A DNA stretch of 64,000 nt from Eukaryota sp. GEM-RC1 (taxonomy: Eukaryota). This document shows positions 1-15,000 of this stretch, piece by piece; within the stretch, counting starts at the first letter, position 1; each line of letters begins with the position of its first letter. The notes below the pieces were generated by a model, which saw only the letters and a list, made by a program, of their open reading frames with translations, was not told the DNA's origin and ran no database searches. The translations under genes and the position numbers were made by a program. The DNA is taken from the NCBI GenBank assembly GCA_040285855.1, contig JAUFOQ010000004.1:372001-436000 (forward strand), in the 5' to 3' direction.

Positions 1-3000
1 AGTGTTGAACGTGACAGGAGAGTCTGCAATAACTGAAGTTTTTCCTTGATTGACTAAACCATTATCACAATCAGAACAATCACTATCAAATTTGATTGTT
101 CCTGCATTTGTCCCAATACTTAAATCACCTACAACATCCACCAATATATAAGAATCATTTCCAAAGTTGAACACAGCTTCACTGGAACCCTCAAGAGAAA
201 TAGAACCGGATGCATTAACGAACACAATTGAATGATCATTGAAATTCTTGGGTTGAGGAGAATATGCATTGAGTTGGTCAAGGACGTGAATCTCAGTGGA
301 TTCAAGTACAGAACCACCCTTAAAGTTGAAGTCATCAAGATGAACAACACCAGAAGACTTGAAAGAAGCTGTATCTTCCAGGTCAAGCAAATCAATTAAT
401 GTAATACAATCAGGACGGTCAATAAACATCCAAGCAGATTCATCTAACAAAATGTGATCAAAGTGGGGACAACCGACAGTTGAACCTTGTTCAATAGTCA
501 TGTTACCTCCAGAAGCAGAAACTGAAATATTGTTGAAGTGAACATTTGCTCCTGTTTGAACTAAAACATTGCCAGAAGAAAGATCGATATTAGAGTTATC
601 AAATGAAGAAGAATCAGAAGGAATAAAAACAAGATCACCACCTTCTACTTGGAATTCGCCAGTTAAATCAGAAGTTCCAGAGAACTCAATTGAACCACCA
701 TCGTTGATGATGACGTCACCAGGACCATAAATTCTACCAGTAAGTTCCAACTTATCATTTACTTCCAAAACACAGGTTTCACAGACATAAATATCACCAT
801 TAATAATAGAAGGTTCATCCAGAATCACTTTAGCACCATTTTCAATAGAAGCATTACCATCAATTTTAATAGGAACTTTAACAGTAATTGGATTTTCTCC
901 AGTGAACAGCACGTCAGCATCTTCCTTTACTACAATATCACCATCTCCTGTAACTAAAATAGGCTTCTTCGAAGAGTCAAAGATAAGAGAAGAGTCTGGT
1001 TCAGCAGTGATATGAGAATCTTCTTCAAGAACAAGAGATCCATCTCCTCCTTCAATTGTAAGGTTAGCGGAAGGCTGAATAACAATAGAAGAACCTTCCT
1101 TGAGTGTTGGAGTTGATACTAAGGAGATAGTAGAGGGACCTGTGAGGAAAAGAGTCGTGTTTGGACCAATGTTACTGCCTTCAAACTGGAGTTCATCAAC
1201 AATTACTGGTAAAGGAGTTGAAGTAAAGGTACCAGACTCAGGTAAAACGTTGAGGTTATCAATTAAGGGATTATCAGTATCACAGCTGGAGTCAAGAATA
1301 AAGTTGCCATTAGTAACAGTAACAGAATCAAAGGTCTGTTGATCATTTTGACAGTGGAATATCGCGTTTCCATCATTTACAGTGATTGATCCATGATTGG
1401 GATTAGAACCAGTATGACTGATCAAATCTCCTCCATTAACTGTACCGTTAGCGATGTGAACATCACTACCAGTTTCCAAGTGAATTTCTCCACCCTTTAA
1501 GTCCTTAAATGTCAGGTTTCCTACAACTGCACCGTCAGTAAAGTTGAATTCACCACCAAAGTTGTGGCTAATAGTAACATTATCAATTGTAGCGGGACCA
1601 ATGGAAACATTATGGGAATGCATCTCACCAACGATAACACGTTTTAGAACATTATTCTGATCAATATTAATAGTTTTGTTAATAATAACATCAAAGATAA
1701 GGGTATCACCACCAAGATTTGCAAACAAAACAATACCACCTTCCCAATTCAATTGAAGAACGGTAATGGTAGCTTCTCTTAGATCCAAAAGACCATCAAT
1801 CATATTTAATGGAGGTGCAAGATCAATCTGACCATCAACAATTACAACAGGAGCAGGTACACTAGAGTTTGCAAGGACATCGATACGAAGAGAATCCGTA
1901 CCAGAAATAGTACAAGTTTCTGTAACATTGAAGGTACCTGAAAACACAAGTTCACCATGAACAATTTCAAGTTGATCATAACAAGAACTTGCTTCTCCTG
2001 CAATTATGGTACTGCCAGGACCTTTCTGATACGCTGTACTATGAGTGATGAAATCCCAGTGAATAATTGTTTGAGATGCAGGTGCAAAGGTAACATTACC
2101 ATGGGAGAGCAAAAGAGGTCTAGGAGTGGGCACGTAGGGATAGAAAGGCAGAGTCATATCAGCATCTGCAGTAACGAGGTACTCAGATCCTTGTGGGACA
2201 TACAAGACTGCACCAGTTCTTCCTTCAAAGTCACCACTTCCTTCAAAGACACCTTCTTTGATTGTAACGAACACGTCAGTGTCAAAGACTTTATGACCGG
2301 ATGACGAAGCATTGAAGAATACAACAGAGAGATTAGAGGAGGGTCCAACTGTACCGTGTAAGAAATCAAATGAGTCTATATTTGAGATTCCTTGTACAAA
2401 TCCATCATCAGTGAGATGAAGGTTGTTGAAGTGCATACACTCAGGACAGAATGAAGGTCCCGACAGAAGAAGATCAGAGTCAGAAACAAAAACGTCAGCT
2501 TTAGAGAGGTTCCAGATACCTTTGAATTCAAGAGTTGTGTTTTGGAAAAGATTAACCACAGAATCAGAATTAATCTGAACAATAGAATCAGAACTTGTTT
2601 CCAATAATGACTCGGTTAAGTGTACTTCAGAAAGATAGACATTGGAGTCAGAGAAGTAGAACTTAGTGGAATCTGCTGTAACATTGGTAAGAATAACGTC
2701 AGATGAGTCATAGGTAACTACCCCACCATTTGAGGAATCAATCACAGTAGTGATTGTTGATGAGAAAAACATCAATCAGACCATCATTCCCGTGAACAAC
2801 AAGAGTACCATCGAAGTTAGACATAAGTACTTGACCTTCGTTTGAACAAATAGTAATTGAATCAGATCTATCCAAGATATTGAGAACACCATTAGGTAAT
2901 ACATTGAAGCAAGGTACATCAATAACGGTATTTGGATTGAGAGTGACGTTTCCAATGATGTTTACAGGATTGGCAGATGATAGAACATGAGAAGTCTTTA

Positions 3001-6000
3001 GAGTTAGATGACCACCGAGATTGAGATCAGCATCTGATGAACTTGTGGTATATCCATCCAAAAGAGTAGGGCATGTTGGTTCTAAATAGATATCGCCAGA
3101 AATAAAGTTCAATTGGTTGTGATTGTCGATATTGAATGAGCTGTAGAAATCATCATTGACTTCAAAAATTCCATGATTTTCAAAAACAGGACATCCACTT
3201 TCTAATACAAAATCAGTTGATTGATCTACTTTGATTACTCCTGTATGAGAGTTAATCAATCTAGACGATCCAGTACCCAATACTTGAGCAGATGAGAGAA
3301 CCATTTTGTCACTAACAACGACAGAAGAATTACCATGTAATTGAGTTTCACCCTTGACAGTAGAATTAGCCAAGAATGCAGTAATAGATCCAGTAAAACC
3401 TCCAGCATTGAGTTGAGCTAGAGTAACATTAATGGTAGCATCACCAGTGATAAATCCTCCATCCAGCTCCAAGTGCTCAATAATAACGTCACATTCAGTA
3501 TTAAACGACAAGTATCCACCAGTTAGTTTAACATGAGGGAAGAATGAGGGGACATTTAACATCTTCAAAAACAGCAATTCCATCAGAAATGATTAGATCT
3601 ATAGGTTCAACAGTAGTACCATTAAGGAACCGTACAGTTCCTGAAGTGATCTGAAGGTGAGAGCCTTTAGTGACATTAACAAGGAAATTGTTGAGAATAA
3701 GTTCAGCACCAGGTTCAATTCTAATTTCACCCTTGTCTACAACAAACTCACCATTACCTTTAAACTCAGTAGTAGAAGTGATGGGAAGGACACCGTTGGG
3801 ACCTAAATAAATATAGCCATCTAATTCGTTATCAGTTCCAGTAAGAGCAAACTCTCCTTCAATGATATAAATTCTACCAGTGGAAGACTGAATAATACTC
3901 CAATTCATATCAAATGCATTAGAACACGTCTTATTAATAATACCATCGTTAATAAAAACAGAAGAGTTGCTTGTAAGAAAACCTGCATCACCACATATAG
4001 ACATATATCCTGATCCATTGTTGTGGAAAACAGATCCTGCTTCACCCATCACGTTTCCTTCCTTTAGTTTAAGGATACCAGCATTGGTGACGATAGTATT
4101 GGTCATAATTGACTTGGGATTGTTAGATTCAATGACACCTTTATCAAGATTAACAGTGTTTCCGCCTCCAGAAAAGTGACCATGAATCCAATCGAGGTTC
4201 TCAACAATGTAGAGAGTGGCATTACAGGATCTAATGGCGCCATTGATTAAGACTAATTTAGACAAGTATTTACTCTCAAAACCACAAACACCAAAGTCTG
4301 TTCCATCGTTCCAGATGTCAGCTTCAGGACAGATATGAGTACTTTCATAGAACGAAAAGCTTCCTTGACCAGAAATTCCACAATTGACGAGGCAAAAGTA
4401 TCCAAAGATATCAATTTGAGGGAAATTTTCAAACGAGACTGAACAGTTAGCTCCTACAAAGCTAGATGTCGGGGTGAAACCAAAATCATCTCCAAAGTGA
4501 AGAGAAGTTGATAAAGAAACGTTATAAATAGAACCACAACCAGAGCTAAACGAAGTATCTGTTCCAAGGATGTCTGTGATATGTTCATTAATGAAACACC
4601 AGTTCATTTCAATCTTTTCAGTATTTTCTGAAGAAAGGAAAGTTCCACGATTGATAAAGGTACCAACACCTTCGACATGTTCGTGGTCTTCACGAAGAGA
4701 GGGAATATCGAATACGGCAGTTGATGGGATTTGGAAGTGGCCATAATTGATAAGTTTAGCACCGGGGTCACCACCAAATTCAAGAGGAAGATTGTCAATT
4801 GACACGAGTCTGAAGATTAAAGTGGCATTGTTCAGAAGAACCTTTTCATGGAAACTTAGTAAATGAAGGAAACCAGAAATGTTCATAACCACATTCTGAT
4901 GGATACCACCAGTAGACCATCGTAGATCCTCTTCGATATAAACCAAATCATTACCACCAATAAGTCCTCCGTTAAGGATAAACTCACGACCAAACACGGG
5001 ATGACCGGTGAAAAGATTAAGCTCACCAAATCTAGCTTCGACTTTGTCAAAAGTAACTTCATGGTCTCTAGGGTCAAAGTTAACAATAGTTCCACCAATA
5101 AAAAGATCCAAATTAGGGTGAATAGTGGCAGTTGATCTAATGTTCATTGTACCCCAGGTTAAAAGACGAGCAAAATTCATATCTAAAAAGCCCCGTACTT
5201 CGAGAGAAAAGATTCTTGCTCACGCATTCTGACTTGAGCATGAGTTGAGGACAATGTGGAACCAATTTCAAAGACAAAGTGACTTTCAATTCCAAATACA
5301 GTGTTTGGATGAGAATGAACAATAGAATTGTTGTAACTATACCCTCCACCAACAGCTAAGAAAGAACCAAATGTGATATTAACTTCATTATAATTGTGGA
5401 GTTCAGGACCAAAATGACATTTCTAGCGTCCACGTGGACTACTCCTTCATTAATAAACAAAGAAGGGGGTTCATGATCTTCAGCAATACAAACAATATCA
5501 ACATCAGATGTAATTTCAACAAAGGCTCCGGGGGCATTGAAGAAGACTGACTCAGACGAAGCACTCATATAGGACTCTGAGGTGAAATCACAGCGACCAA
5601 CATTTGTAATATTAGCGTGGCGATGAAGTACCTTGTCTTCTCCTTCGGGAATCAACATGGAGTTCATTGAAATAGTGGTAGAATGAGGACCAAAACCACC
5701 AGAAGCCCAGTATAAAGAATTTGTTACAGAAACTACATCAGTACCACCACGTAAACCACTTTCAAGAACTAAGTCTTCAATTGTTCCAGGACGTCCTGTA
5801 AGGAAATCAATTAATCCACCATGAATCTCGACATGATTCAAGATAACATCAGAAGAAACGTTGTAGAAACGAATAAATCCAGCATACATTAAGATATTAA
5901 AAGGGGAAACTATAACAGTACCATTATGGAAACTGACTTCTCCTTCAGGAACTCTTAGAAGAGCTGACGTATCAAAAGTACCTCTGAAATCAACTGGAAC

Positions 6001-9000
6001 TCCTTGGAAAATGTTAATGATACCTTGGCCAGCTAAGTGAGTTGACGATTCAAAGGAATAACCAGCCATTGCAGCAAATACACCACCAGAAGATAAAGAC
6101 AACTGGGCAGAAGGACTGTTGATGTCAATATCACCATAGATATTTCCTGACGAAAACAACCGTAAATTGGACGAATCTTCAATATTCAGCTGAGCACTCT
6201 CACAATGAATGAAAGTGAGGTAAAAGTCAACTCCAAGAGCAGGACTTCTGGTGGTGAGATACCCCTCATTGATGAATTGGGAAGGATAAGTTCCATTAGA
6301 TCTAAATTCCACGGAGCGTTCTACATCAAACACGTGTCGATTAATGAAAACGGCATTGTCGTAGAATTCAATAAATCCTCTGCCTTCAACCAAAGTAATA
6401 TTAGAATTAATGATAGTAGAAGAAGTCAAACGTTTCGGATTATGTCCCTGAATTACTAATGAGCTTGTAACGTTGATAGTAAGACCACCAGAGACTTCAC
6501 CGTCTTGCCAGTAATGTCGTTCAGTCATCAAAGTGTCAATACCGTTGAGGGTACCACCTAAGTGTTCAATTGATTTAAAGAAGAACGGCTGAGTTAAACC
6601 GGAAATGAATCGAACAAGACCTCCCATTACAGTCAAATAAGGTAAATCAAGAGCGGGGCTTAGCTTATTGAAGATTAATTGACCACCTGTTACTGAGACA
6701 GAGTTTGCTACTAGACTTGCACCAGTCATAAACTCTAATTTTCCTATGGGAACTGCAACTCCATTAGGAAGGTTAATAGTACCAAAAGCTCTGACATCTG
6801 CAGGAGTAGGCTTTCTGATACACTGAAATTTTTCACCAGTTCTGTAGTTACGAGCACCATCATTCCAATGAGGATCGTAGTACGTATATCGTCCAACATT
6901 GCGCAGTTCTAAAAGAGCATCATCTTTACCAGCAACAACAACCTCATTGACAACGGAAGAGTCCTCAAACGTGTATGGCCTAGATCCCATAGCTAAAATG
7001 GAACCTTGATAGACTGACCAATTTCCAGAGGATGATCCACCACCATTGAGGAGAACTTCTCCTTCTTTGATTTGAATAGTACCTCTATTAATAAAGTTCA
7101 CAGCAAATTCAGGTCTGGTATTAAAGCCATCAAAGACTAAATCACCAAAGTTGGTGATCGTAAGAGCAGATGAATGTGCATTACATCGATAGCCACTGCT
7201 GGTGAAAGCCCCGTCAGTAACCCAACGAGCAGTCCTAACCCATCTAACAAACCCATAGGTATAAAAGCGTCGCGGAGGATTTGTTCTAGTACAGTCTTCT
7301 GCGCAACGACAACTAATATAGTAACTACTACTGCAACAAGATGAGACTGCATGTAGTTTGGAACTTAAGCTAGATATTTGGCCTGAGGCGTGAATATTGA
7401 TATAACTCTTGGTATTAGAGGTGGGGTTACAATTGAACAAGAATCCAGATCCCTTCCAGTTAATAGTACCATTTAAATTTAGAACAGTATTACCTCCAAT
7501 CATTTTGTCTCGTTGATCAGAAAGTGTACCCCCATCTTCAATGAAAGTCTCAACACTAACATCAATGATGCCATTAAGTACTGCACCAGCATGCCAGACA
7601 AATTTCTTAATTCTAATGTTATCAACTGAATAAATGGCACCTCCGTATAAATGAAGTTCATCGAGCTCAATCGTTTTACCAGTGTGAATGAACACAGTTC
7701 CACCATGAATATACAATACATCAATGATAGAAACATCATCAAAATGAGTCATACTAGTGTAAGCATTTCCTTCAATTGTGTGAACTCGAGTAGCAAATCC
7801 ATCAATACCATCAATCTCAATAGTTCCATCACCCTCCTGGTGACTGGAATCTAAAGACCACCTTCCAGAAGCGTGATATGCACCATCAATAAAGATTTTA
7901 CCAGCATTTGAGTACAAGGAAGTGCAGTTGATCACAGACGCGGGTTTAAAAATAATAGTTCCTCCATCAACCATTCGAATTTCAGGATTCATTTGATATT
8001 CACCATAGAAATTTACAGTAACACAATTATCAAATCTCCATTGACCATGATTACCTGACAAAGTAGATTGAGGATGGAAGGTAACATCAGTATCATCACA
8101 AGTACCAGTATGTGGCTTGTTTCTAAACCAGAGGGTTGAACCTTCAGCTACATACATATCAGAATAAACGTCACTTTCAGATAGGAAAAGAGTGCCTGCA
8201 GGTTCAATGAGTGTATCAGATGCGGTTGTAAATTCAGAAGAAATAACATTAAAACCAGCAGACACACCCGGTCGAACAACCAACTCGTCATTTTGAATAA
8301 AGTGTCCAGATGTGACATGATGATGACTGCGGATACTGATTGTACCATTAACCTCCATAAATTGATCATTTCTGATGGTACCAAAGATATCCATGTTAAT
8401 AGCTCGGAAGAATGTAAATTTACCAGTATTCTTCAAAGTAGCACCAGATTCTATCCTAATCCCTTGGCTAGTACTACTATCAACAAATCCAGAGCCAGCA
8501 ACATTAAGAATTCCCTGTTCAAGTACACCATTATAAAACTCAAACTCATCTACGATTAACTCAACAGATCCGTTTCTAAAGCCCTTGTTCATTGAGGAGA
8601 TAGCGAAGGTACACGAGATCAGGAGATTGGTTGAACTCAATACCTGAATGAACATGACCCAAGACTATGGTATCAATTGTTGGTTGTTGGGCGAAGTTAT
8701 CAAAGCTTACGAGACCACCATGAGCATTATCAATAAGTGGAATGTTTACGTGTCCATTAATGGTAAAGTCTCTGAACAAAACACGTGCTGTAGACGCCAT
8801 TACAGGATCAGGTACATTCATAGTGGTCGCAAGGTTTGCAAAAACAATGTTTGAAGGACCAGAAGAAGCAATTGTAATATTCCAAGTAGGAGAAGCATAG
8901 TACAAGCCATAAGTAGATTGTATAAAGTGAAGATTTCCATTGGAAGTAGTAGTTAGAGTAACAGTTTGATGTCTAGATAGACTCAAATACCGCGTTCTTC

Positions 9001-12000
9001 CTCCAGAGACTGAGATAGCTGTAGGAAAGATCTCACCTTGTAGATCCAATTGACCACTTGAAGAGAAACCAATAGTACTTGGTCCAAATGTTCCATTTTC
9101 CATTATTAAATGACGCCGGTGAAGACTTCCAGAGAAATGTACATGGCATGTAGCACAAGTCCAGACAATACCAGATAAATCTCCACCACCTGAACCAAAC
9201 GTCATTGTTTTAGACTCAATAATAAATCTGTGATGAGACAAAACTCTCCAATCCAAGGAAAATCCACGCAGAGCTGTGATATTAGAAGCAGAATATAGAA
9301 CAGGTGTATCCCGCCCGATTTGGAAATGGGGAGCATCTTTAATGAGAAGATAGTTTCCTTCATTTACAGCAAAGAAGGCATTGTTATATCCACGGAAACT
9401 AAAAGTATCAGATATTTCACAATTATTGTGGAACCAAAACATCGCTGAATGTGCCGAGGTTGAACCCAATGACTTTGTTGACGTACTTCTAATGTCAACA
9501 AAAGGATGTACTTCAGTTTTACCAGAACCAATTTGGCCTGCAGTCCAATGGAAATAGTCATGAATAATCAAATGATCCATGCCAAATCTTGAACCTCCTT
9601 CCATTCTGTAAGTCTTAATATTTACGAATTTAGATGTTCCAAAGATGAAAGACCCACCAGTAATGGTTACATTATGCAAGTTCAGATCTAGACCAAACTG
9701 TCTAAGTTCAAGAATACCCGTCGGAACAACTATATCAATAGGGAAAATAACCAATTGAGATATATCTTGGAATAACAAATGTCCAGAATTCATGGTCAGG
9801 AATGTAAGATTAATAGTCTTGGTATTCACAACAGAAGTTTCTCCTCCAGATATGGTCATGTGACGGATGATAACGTCATCAATTGATTGAAGTCTGACAG
9901 GCCTTCCTGAAGTAGTGAAGGTATCAGCAGTGAATAAAGGACACGTTTGAAATCTTACCTCAGTAGAAAGGACTAACGTACGTAAGGAATCAAACCAAAA
10001 GTAATCTTGGATATTTTGAATAAGTACTTTGGCTCCACTTTCAGCTAGGAAGTTGGTAGAATTGAAGAAGCCCTCAACATTGAGAATGTCTACAGTTCCA
10101 GTTTGAATTAAAACATTTTCAAAGATCATGGAACAATCAATGGGGTTAAAAACAGTTTTTCCACCAGTTAAAGTGAATGAATCAAGGTAAAAAATAGGAG
10201 TTTTTTCACAAGTTTGTACATCCAAAAGGCCAGTTGACACAGTAATCGCATCCCAATCAAAGATCGCATTTTTCAAGAAACGTAAATAACCAACACTGTT
10301 AATGACCAAATCTGGTCCCAAATCATAAACACCGTCAAATGTCGCACCAGAACTTGCTGTTTCACAAACAAAAAGAGATTGGGGTCCAATAGCACTAGAT
10401 GACGTATCAAACAAGATCTCGGCCTGGTTTAGTTTAAAGGCAGAACTAGAATCCATGTAGAGAGCACCTTCGAACAGATGATCACGTGCGCTTCGTAGGT
10501 AGATATAAGCACCTGAAAGCGAAACATTAGCATGTTCATCAGCAAAGAGATTCCATAAGTATAAATGAACATTAGAAGTGATAGTAACGGAATTATTGAA
10601 AACCAGAACTGGTTTAGTTTGGCCTCCATTTGAATCATGTTCGAAGTAAAACTGAGTGAAGTCAGAGATTTCCGTATCGCCACTAAGGGAAAACTGATTA
10701 TCATGAGGTACCCAAAAGACAGGTCCAGAGAATAGGTTAGCCTCAAAGAGAGAACGTTGGAAGGGTGGACCATCAATAATTGTAGAGTTGGTCACTGCAA
10801 CGTGTACAGAAGAACGCAAATGTCTCCAGTAAGCACCAAAAACTGATAAATGACTAATGACTGCATCAGTGATGAAGACTCCCTCCTGCCAATTCAATGA
10901 ATCAAAGGTGGCAACAGAAGTACCTGAGATGGCACCAGACAGTAAGTGGAAGTTATGGAAAAGAACAGAGTCATCATTAACAAAGACATAAGAATCTTTT
11001 GATACAACATAGCTCACATCCAAGGGAACTTCAAAGTGACCTCGGGAATACTGTAAGGACAATTCTTCAAGATGATTTCCTTCATCTAATCCCTCAAAAT
11101 CAATCATTCCCTGATAGATCTCTAATTCTTCCCAATGAACTTTAGCCGTGGGCTTTGTATTAAGAGTTCCTTGATAACTATGAAAGTAGGAATGATCAAC
11201 AGTACCGTGAACGATAACTGTTCCCAGGAATCCAGAAGATAACCAACCAAGTCCAAAGACATGACCAGTAGTCTCAACAGTGATTGTAGATCTAAATGCT
11301 TGAAGAGTAGTCTGATTTTTGATTTCAAGATCTCCCTTTTCAAACCAACCACCCTTAACGGTAGTATTACCATACAGAAACCAGTCATTGTTGTTGTAGA
11401 CTTCAAATTCCAGTTCTAGATCATGGCTTTGAGAGAAGTTTACCTTACCATCATTAATGAAGGCAGTTCTGACGACACCAAAATCTTTCTCAACAAAATA
11501 TGGTCTGTAGATAGAGGTATAAAACTGAAAACTTGTAGTAGAGCCGATGACATCCAGCTCAGTACCACTTCCTATTGTAAAGGTAGTGTGATCATCACCA
11601 GAGAAGATACCTTCGTCAAACAGAACGTATTCAGAGATGACCAAAGAAGTACCATTACGGATTGTTTTTTCCCATGAAGAAGAAATATGTGCTTGGCGGA
11701 TAGTGTTAGTAGAAGGATCAGAAAATCCACCACCAAAAAAGTCGATAATGTCGATGGAAATATCATCTGAACCATTTCGAACACCTCCCTGTAAGAAAAG
11801 ATAGGGAATCGTAATTTGAACAGCGCTATCAAAAAAGATTGAGGTGTTTTTCTCGGAAGATGAAGTTCCAGAGATATTTAGAAAAACTGGGGATTCGCGA
11901 AGATCAACAAAGCGAACGACACTGCCAGTAGAATTAATTCTAGTAAAGTCAAACTCCACATTGTCGTCAAACTCAATTAAACAATGGACAGAAACAAAAT

Positions 12001-15000
12001 CAATAAAAATGTTTTTAACTGAGAACGATTCAAAACGAACATGTGAGTCAAAAGAAGGAACATATGAGGGAAAGAACAGTGTTTCACCAATATTAACGAA
12101 GTGAACAAAAGATTCTCTGAACGAAACAGTTCCCATAGTTAAGGTATCCTTAGGATTGTCAATGATTAAGGTGGCATTATCAGTAAGGATGTTCTCCAAG
12201 ACCCAAGCAGTGGGAAAAGGTTCAAGGAAAACCATTGAAGTGGAATCTAGAGAAAGGTTGGCCCAGTTATGATAAAAGTCTGGTGTTAAAGAGAAAGAAC
12301 CACCAAAGAATTCAGGAGACTGGTTCAATAGAACTGTACAAGAGAGGTTGGCAATAATGTCTCCAGTAGATGTAACAGCGGTATCTGAACCAGAAGAAAT
12401 GCCATCAATTAAGGCAGTTTCAGTCATAACTAAGACACCATCAAAAAAGTCAATGACACCAGCAGAAAGGAACTGAATGTGAGAAGAAATGAAACCTCCA
12501 CCTCCAATTGAAACATAGGACTCATTGAATACAGTAATTATACCAGAATGTTCAAGGTAAAACCCAATGAAAAATTGATCACCATAGACATTAACAGTTC
12601 CTTCAACAATAAATCGTGGAACGATGGAATCATTTTGATTGGAGCAGCAGTCGTATTTGTTACCAGCGACACGTCATCATAAACAGAAAGAACACCTTGA
12701 GAGGCTACCACAAGACTTCCTTCATTCAAACCTTCGATGTAAGACTGGGGATGGAGAACAAAGTTAGTCTCAGTTCTAATAGAACCAAATGATCCAATGG
12801 TACAAAAGTTACAATAAGAGTCGGCAGTAGTAGTGGATTCCAAAACAAGACTGTAAGGAGAAAGTTCTCCATTATACCAGACAAATGAAGTATTAACATA
12901 GATGGCATCATTACCGTCAATAACAGAAGGGCCGTCAATTACAAGGTTTTGAATGTAAACAGGCCAGTTGGTGTTGAAAGAGACTCTAGATCCATTAACA
13001 ACTAAATTCTTGAAGTACAAGGGTTCATCTAGAGCTCCAAAGGAAATCACACCTCCTTCTAAAATAAGAGACTGGATATCAATAGAATTGGGCAAGTCTA
13101 GGAACTGAACATCACCATCAGATACATGTAATAAATCAATGAACAGAGGTAAATCGAAGTGAGAAAACACAACCTGGCCACCAATGATACGAACTCTATC
13201 AATATACCAAGCATAAACACCAACTGGAGCAACAAAGAATCTTGCATCACCTCCTTGAACCTCAATGTCATTAAAATCATGGACAGCGTCTTCAATAAAG
13301 TAGATTGTACCAGCGTTCATTATAAATAATCGACTCATCTCCCATCTACCTGCAAATAAAACAACAGCTGAGTCAGTAAATAGGAAACAGGTAGTACATT
13401 CACCACGAACAACCGAGGACTTTTCAACCACAAAAGGAGAAGAAATAACAAAGCAGATCCGTCACTGACATAGAGGTCAGCGACAAGGTTTCCAGATCCA
13501 TTGAGATAAATGTGGGATCCAGGAGCCAATTCTAAGTCTTGGGTAAAGGAAACTTGCCAATCGATAACGAAATCTCCAACAAAAGTAAAGTTATGGCCAG
13601 CAACAACATGAGGCCAAGGGTGGACAGAACCAGGTAAAGTAATGTCAGCTGAATAACTAGCACCATAATAGTCATCAAAGGGTTCAGCAATAGAAGGGTA
13701 ACTACAAGGATCAGGACATTCAACAGTTAAATCTCCAGTTCCAAACCAATGAGTATCTGGATGAGTGGTAATGGTAGCACCAGTAGAACCAAAGAGAGGA
13801 GCAATCGTGTCAAATTCAACAAGACCTTGCATATCAGTAGAGACAGAGTACATCAAGAACTTATTGACTGAACCAAAGATCTTCGATTTGACATTTCCAT
13901 CAACAAATCTGATGGAGTTATCCTGACCAAACCCTCCTCCGGAGAACAAAAGTTCTTCACGAAGATCAATGTTTGTCATTCCAGTGGACATTCCCCCAGT
14001 TACATTTAATAAATCAACAACAACAGTATTTACTGAAGTTGTGGTGAACTCTGGTCCTTGGAAGTCAATCGAAAGATAAAGGCTTTTCCATCTAGTCATT
14101 AATTGATGACCTGGAGTCACGGGGATAACTTCTACATAATCAGAAATGATTGGTTCCCAATTGAAGGAAGCAGTGGAGACTGGACCAAGATGAAACTCAG
14201 TGACAAAAACGTCAATATAACCAGAGAGTTCAAACAGTCCAGAATCTAATTTAATAGAATCAAATTCAGCATTAGCAGCGGAACCTCCTAGCTGTACTGC
14301 AGACTTAAAATACAGTAATCCCATATCTGTAACATATACATTTTTCATTGAGATCCTTGCGGTGGAAGTGAAAGTCATAATACCTTTGGAGTGTTTCAAT
14401 ACCTCTGGACCTACAAACAAACCCTTAACAAACACATTGGCAAAGTAACTATCAGAATAGAAGTTATTAGAGTCCACATTTAGAGATGATGACGTGGAAA
14501 AGTCATGATCAGAGTACATTTTAAACACAGCAGCGTCAGAAAACATGTTAAGGGTACCAGTGAAGAGCGAATATCCGTAAACTGCAACAACTCCTGAGTC
14601 AATAGAGAATGTTGAAATAGTAGTTGTAGTAAAAGGAAGATAGAAAGCAGAAGGGGTGGGACTATCGAAATACAGAGTTCCTTTAAGAGTGAAAACATCA
14701 GCTGGATTGGCAGAGGGAAGAAAAGTAAACCCATGGGTGACATTAAGTCTACCAAATACCTCAAACTTTGCAGAGGAGATCAGAATCATCACAGGTAAAT
14801 CCTTTGAAGAGTAAACAACACCAGAACCTCTATAGTCCAAGAAGTGTCCTTCGGTTACGGAAATGTTATTAGCAGAATCATGAATAAAACAATGATTAAC
14901 ACAAGAAGTGGTAGAGTTCTGTTTAAAAGTAGATCCAGCCATATCAAAGTGATTTACAGTCAGGATATCAAAACCAGTTCTAATGGAATCAACCAAGATG

